From an uncultured Clostridium sp. (GTDB taxonomy: Bacteria > Bacillota > Clostridia > Clostridiales > Clostridiaceae): a stretch of 64,000 nt of DNA. The notes beneath the pieces are model-generated. The model was not told the origin of the DNA. It saw only the letters and a list, made by a program, of their open reading frames with translations, and made no database searches. A program made the position numbers and the translations under genes. Below, in pieces: positions 61,486 through 64,000 of this stretch (within the stretch, counting starts at the first letter, position 1; the number at the start of each line of letters is the position of its first letter). The stretch spans positions 663-64,662 of the forward strand of contig NZ_CAURTC010000020.1 in assembly GCF_963527835.1 (NCBI RefSeq). Reading direction: 5' to 3'.

Positions 61486-61710
61486 ATATTTAATGTCCAT
61501 AGTTTTACTATGGCTTTTTTTATTCTTTAGAAAATTATATTACTAAAGAATATGTGGATAACTTCTAGAATACTGTATTTTAAACACAATTTTTCATATG
61601 ATTTTCAAGATATGTAATTTAATTTTACATATCTTTTTTTATTTAACAGTAATATTTTAATTTTTATATAAATATTAATAACTAAGAAAAACATTAGAGG
61701 AGGAAGTGAG

Positions 61711-62631
61711 ATGAAAGATGATAGTGATTTTTTAAATATATTTCCGAGTAATATATTTAATGTACTTAAATATAAATGTAAACTAGAACAACTTTATGAA
61801 ATAAGGATAAAAATAGATAAACCTATCATAGTTTATTCTAATAAAGGAGAATCAATTGTAGATTATAATCCATCTAAGGAAGAGATGAAATCAATAATAC
61901 AAAAAATATCTAATTATTCACTATATGCTTATGAAGAAGATATAAAACAAGGTTTTATAACAATTAAAGGTGGACATAGAATAGGTATTGCTGGCGAATG
62001 TGTTATGTGCAATGGTGAGGTAAAAACTATTAGAAATATATCATCTATAAATGTTAGATTTTGCAGAGAAGTTATAGGATGTTCTAATAAAATTATGAAA
62101 TATATAGTTAGTGGAGATAGAATTTACAATACAATAATTATTTCTCCACCTAAATGTGGAAAGACAACAATTTTAAGAGATATATCTAGGAACATATCAA
62201 ATGGAATGAAGTCATTGGACTTAAATGGTAAAAAAGTTTCTGTAATTGATGAAAGAAGTGAAATTGGAGCTTGTTACTTCGGAGTTCCCCAAAGTGATTT
62301 GGGAATTAGAACAGATATTTTAGATAATTGTTTGAAAAAAGAGGGAATGATTATGTCAATAAGAAGTTTATCACCAGAGGTATTAATTTGTGATGAAATT
62401 GGCACTAAAGAAGATATCGAAGCATTAATTATGGCATTTAATTCTGGAGTAAACATAATTACAAGTATTCATGGGTTTACAATTGATGATATTTATAAAC
62501 GTAAAGTATTTAAAGAACTTATTGATAATCAAATACTTGAAAGAGCTATTATTTTAAGTTCAAGAGAAGGGGTAGGCACTATAGAAAAGGTTTATAAATT
62601 AAGAGGAGAAGAAAAAATATGCTTAAATTAG
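61711..62631 (+). CDS. spoIIIAA: Stage III sporulation protein AA
   Basis: SPPKCGKTT, DERSEI and RSLSPEVLICDEIG motifs. Confidence 0.95.
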   Translation: MKDDSDFLNIFPSNIFNVLKYKCKLEQLYEIRIKIDKPIIVYSNKGESIVDYNPSKEEMKSIIQKISNYSLYAYEEDIKQGFITIKGGHRIGIAGECVMCNGEVKTIRNISSINVRFCREVIGCSNKIMKYIVSGDRIYNTIIISPPKCGKTTILRDISRNISNGMKSLDLNGKKVSVIDERSEIGACYFGVPQSDLGIRTDILDNCLKKEGMIMSIRSLSPEVLICDEIGTKEDIEALIMAFNSGVNIITSIHGFTIDDIYKRKVFKELIDNQILERAIILSSREGVGTIEKVYKLRGEEKICLN

Positions 62632-63137
62632 TACTTATCTTTATGCTATTTTTAACTACTTCTTATATTGGTTTTTTATATGGTGAAACTTTTAGAAAAA
62701 GATACATTCAGCTTAAAGAAATTTTAAAAAATTTAATAATATTGCAAAATGAAATTTTATATGGAAGCACACCTTTACCAGAAGCATTAAGCAATATTCA
62801 GAAAAAGACAATGAAACCATTAAGTACTCTAATAGGTAATGTAAATGAAAAGTTATATGAAGGTGAAGCTGAAAGTGTATATAGTGCTTTTAGTAGTGAG
62901 TATGTTCTTTTAGAAGAAGAGTTTTATTTATCAAATAGTGATAAGAACTTTTTAATAGATTTCATAAAGTCTTTAGGTGAATCTGGACTTTATGGACAAG
63001 AGAAAATTTTTGATTTAGTAATAGAAAATGTAAGAAGCAATTTAAAAGAGGCAGAAGAGGAATCCAAAAAAAATATAAAAGTATATAGATATTTAGGAAT
63101 ATGCATTGGTGCTATGATTACAATATTTTTAATTTAG
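62619..63137 (+). CDS. spoIIIAB: Stage III sporulation protein AB
   Basis: EILYGSTPLPEAL motif; operon order. Confidence 0.92.
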   Translation: MLKLVLIFMLFLTTSYIGFLYGETFRKRYIQLKEILKNLIILQNEILYGSTPLPEALSNIQKKTMKPLSTLIGNVNEKLYEGEAESVYSAFSSEYVLLEEEFYLSNSDKNFLIDFIKSLGESGLYGQEKIFDLVIENVRSNLKEAEEESKKNIKVYRYLGICIGAMITIFLI

Positions 63138-63151
63138 GTGGTGAATTTATT

Positions 63152-63349
63152 ATGCATGATATAAGCATTCTTTTTAAAATTGGAGGTGCAGGAATATTAC
63201 TTGTGATACTTGATAAGGTATTAACAAGTAGTGGAAAGGGTGATGTTGCAGCTATAACTAACATTGCAGGTACTGTAATACTCTTATTAATGATAGTTTC
63301 TCTTATTGGAGACCTATTTAACACAGTAAAAACTATGTTCGTAATGTAG
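63152..63349 (+). CDS. spoIIIAC: Stage III sporulation protein AC
   Basis: DISILFKIGGAGI...LFNTVKTMF. Confidence 0.92.
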   Translation: MHDISILFKIGGAGILLVILDKVLTSSGKGDVAAITNIAGTVILLLMIVSLIGDLFNTVKTMFVM

Positions 63350-63357
63350 GTGATTTT

Positions 63358-63741
63358 ATGTTGATAGTAAAAGTTATAGCTTTGGCATTTGTTGGTTTAT
63401 TTCTAACTTTAATTTTTAAGAATAGTAAATCTGAAATGACTACATTTATTTCTTTAACAGTTGGTACTTTAATATTACTTTTCATGATAGGTCAAGTACA
63501 AGAAATAATTACATTTTTAAAAACTGTAGCAGATAGAGCTAATATAGATACATTTTATATTGGAGTTATTCTGAAAATTTTAGCAATTGCTTATTTAGCT
63601 TCATTTACAAGTGAATTATGTAAAGATGCGGGAGCTTCAAGTATAGCAACTAAAGTAGAGTTTTCAGGAAAAATAATGATTTTAGTATTAGCGATTCCAA
63701 TTCTTATGGCTGTATTAAATTCTATCCTACAGATAATGTAG
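63358..63741 (+). CDS. spoIIIAD: Stage III sporulation protein AD
   Basis: ELCKDAG...KVEFSGK motif. Confidence 0.92.
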   Translation: MLIVKVIALAFVGLFLTLIFKNSKSEMTTFISLTVGTLILLFMIGQVQEIITFLKTVADRANIDTFYIGVILKILAIAYLASFTSELCKDAGASSIATKVEFSGKIMILVLAIPILMAVLNSILQIM

Positions 63742-63752
63742 GTGAAATGGAT

Positions 63753-64000
63753 ATGAAGATAATAAAAAGATGTACAATATTTTTTTTGATAAGTATTATT
63801 GTTGTTTCTGTATTGAATTGTATTTTTATACCAGGAAAATCAGTATATGCTTTTGAACAAAATAACTTAAGTACAAGCGGTAATTTTGATGCTAAAAAAA
63901 GTGAATCTATAATGGATGAAATCACAATAGAAAGTTTAGATGATAGTACGCAAAAACAAATAAATAATTTATATGAGTATATAAATAAAATGAAAAATAA
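63753..64000 (+). CDS. spoIIIAE: Stage III sporulation protein AE (5' part, truncated by the window edge)
   Basis: SD AGGTG; signal-like N-terminus; open to the window end; operon order. Confidence 0.75.
   Translation, partial: MKIIKRCTIFFLISIIVVSVLNCIFIPGKSVYAFEQNNLSTSGNFDAKKSESIMDEITIESLDDSTQKQINNLYEYINKMKN

Noticed and set aside
61553..61561. Perfect DnaA box TGTGGATAA (also at 2433-2441)
   Set aside because: Isolated 9-mers; about one is expected by chance in a window of this size and composition, and there is no cluster

Overview
Very AT-rich Firmicute chromosome segment. Gene content and order point to Clostridium sensu stricto, probably butyricum/beijerinckii-like (inference). It is mostly core genome: a c-di-GMP-I riboswitch-controlled GH18 chitinase, LD-carboxypeptidase, mscS, a ComEC-like MBL nuclease, zapA-U32-mutS2, pgm, a wecG-murJ-GT-GT-ligase wall polysaccharide operon, pdaA, ychF, terC, nox, the mraZ...spoVE-ftsQ-ylm-divIVA division cluster, rluD-pyrR-rlmL, rqcH, dapF, a ComG/type IV pilus cluster, efp and the start of spoIIIA. 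I saw no rRNA, tRNA, CRISPR array or transposase. The unusual signal is non-coding. (1) In two envelope genes (wecG/tagA and mraY) the Shine-Dalgarno is separated from the start codon by a hairpin (about 183 nt and 18 nt); looping the hairpin out restores normal spacing. (2) A modular family of structured intergenic repeats has about 9-11 copies or remnants. They share termini, form a nested deletion series, carry a covarying hairpin module, and often sit between a stop codon and its terminator. (3) The leader behind the riboswitch folds better on the antisense strand. There are also two deletion pseudogenes and an unannotated 48-aa ORF with 11-residue repeats. All pairings were read by eye, not computed.
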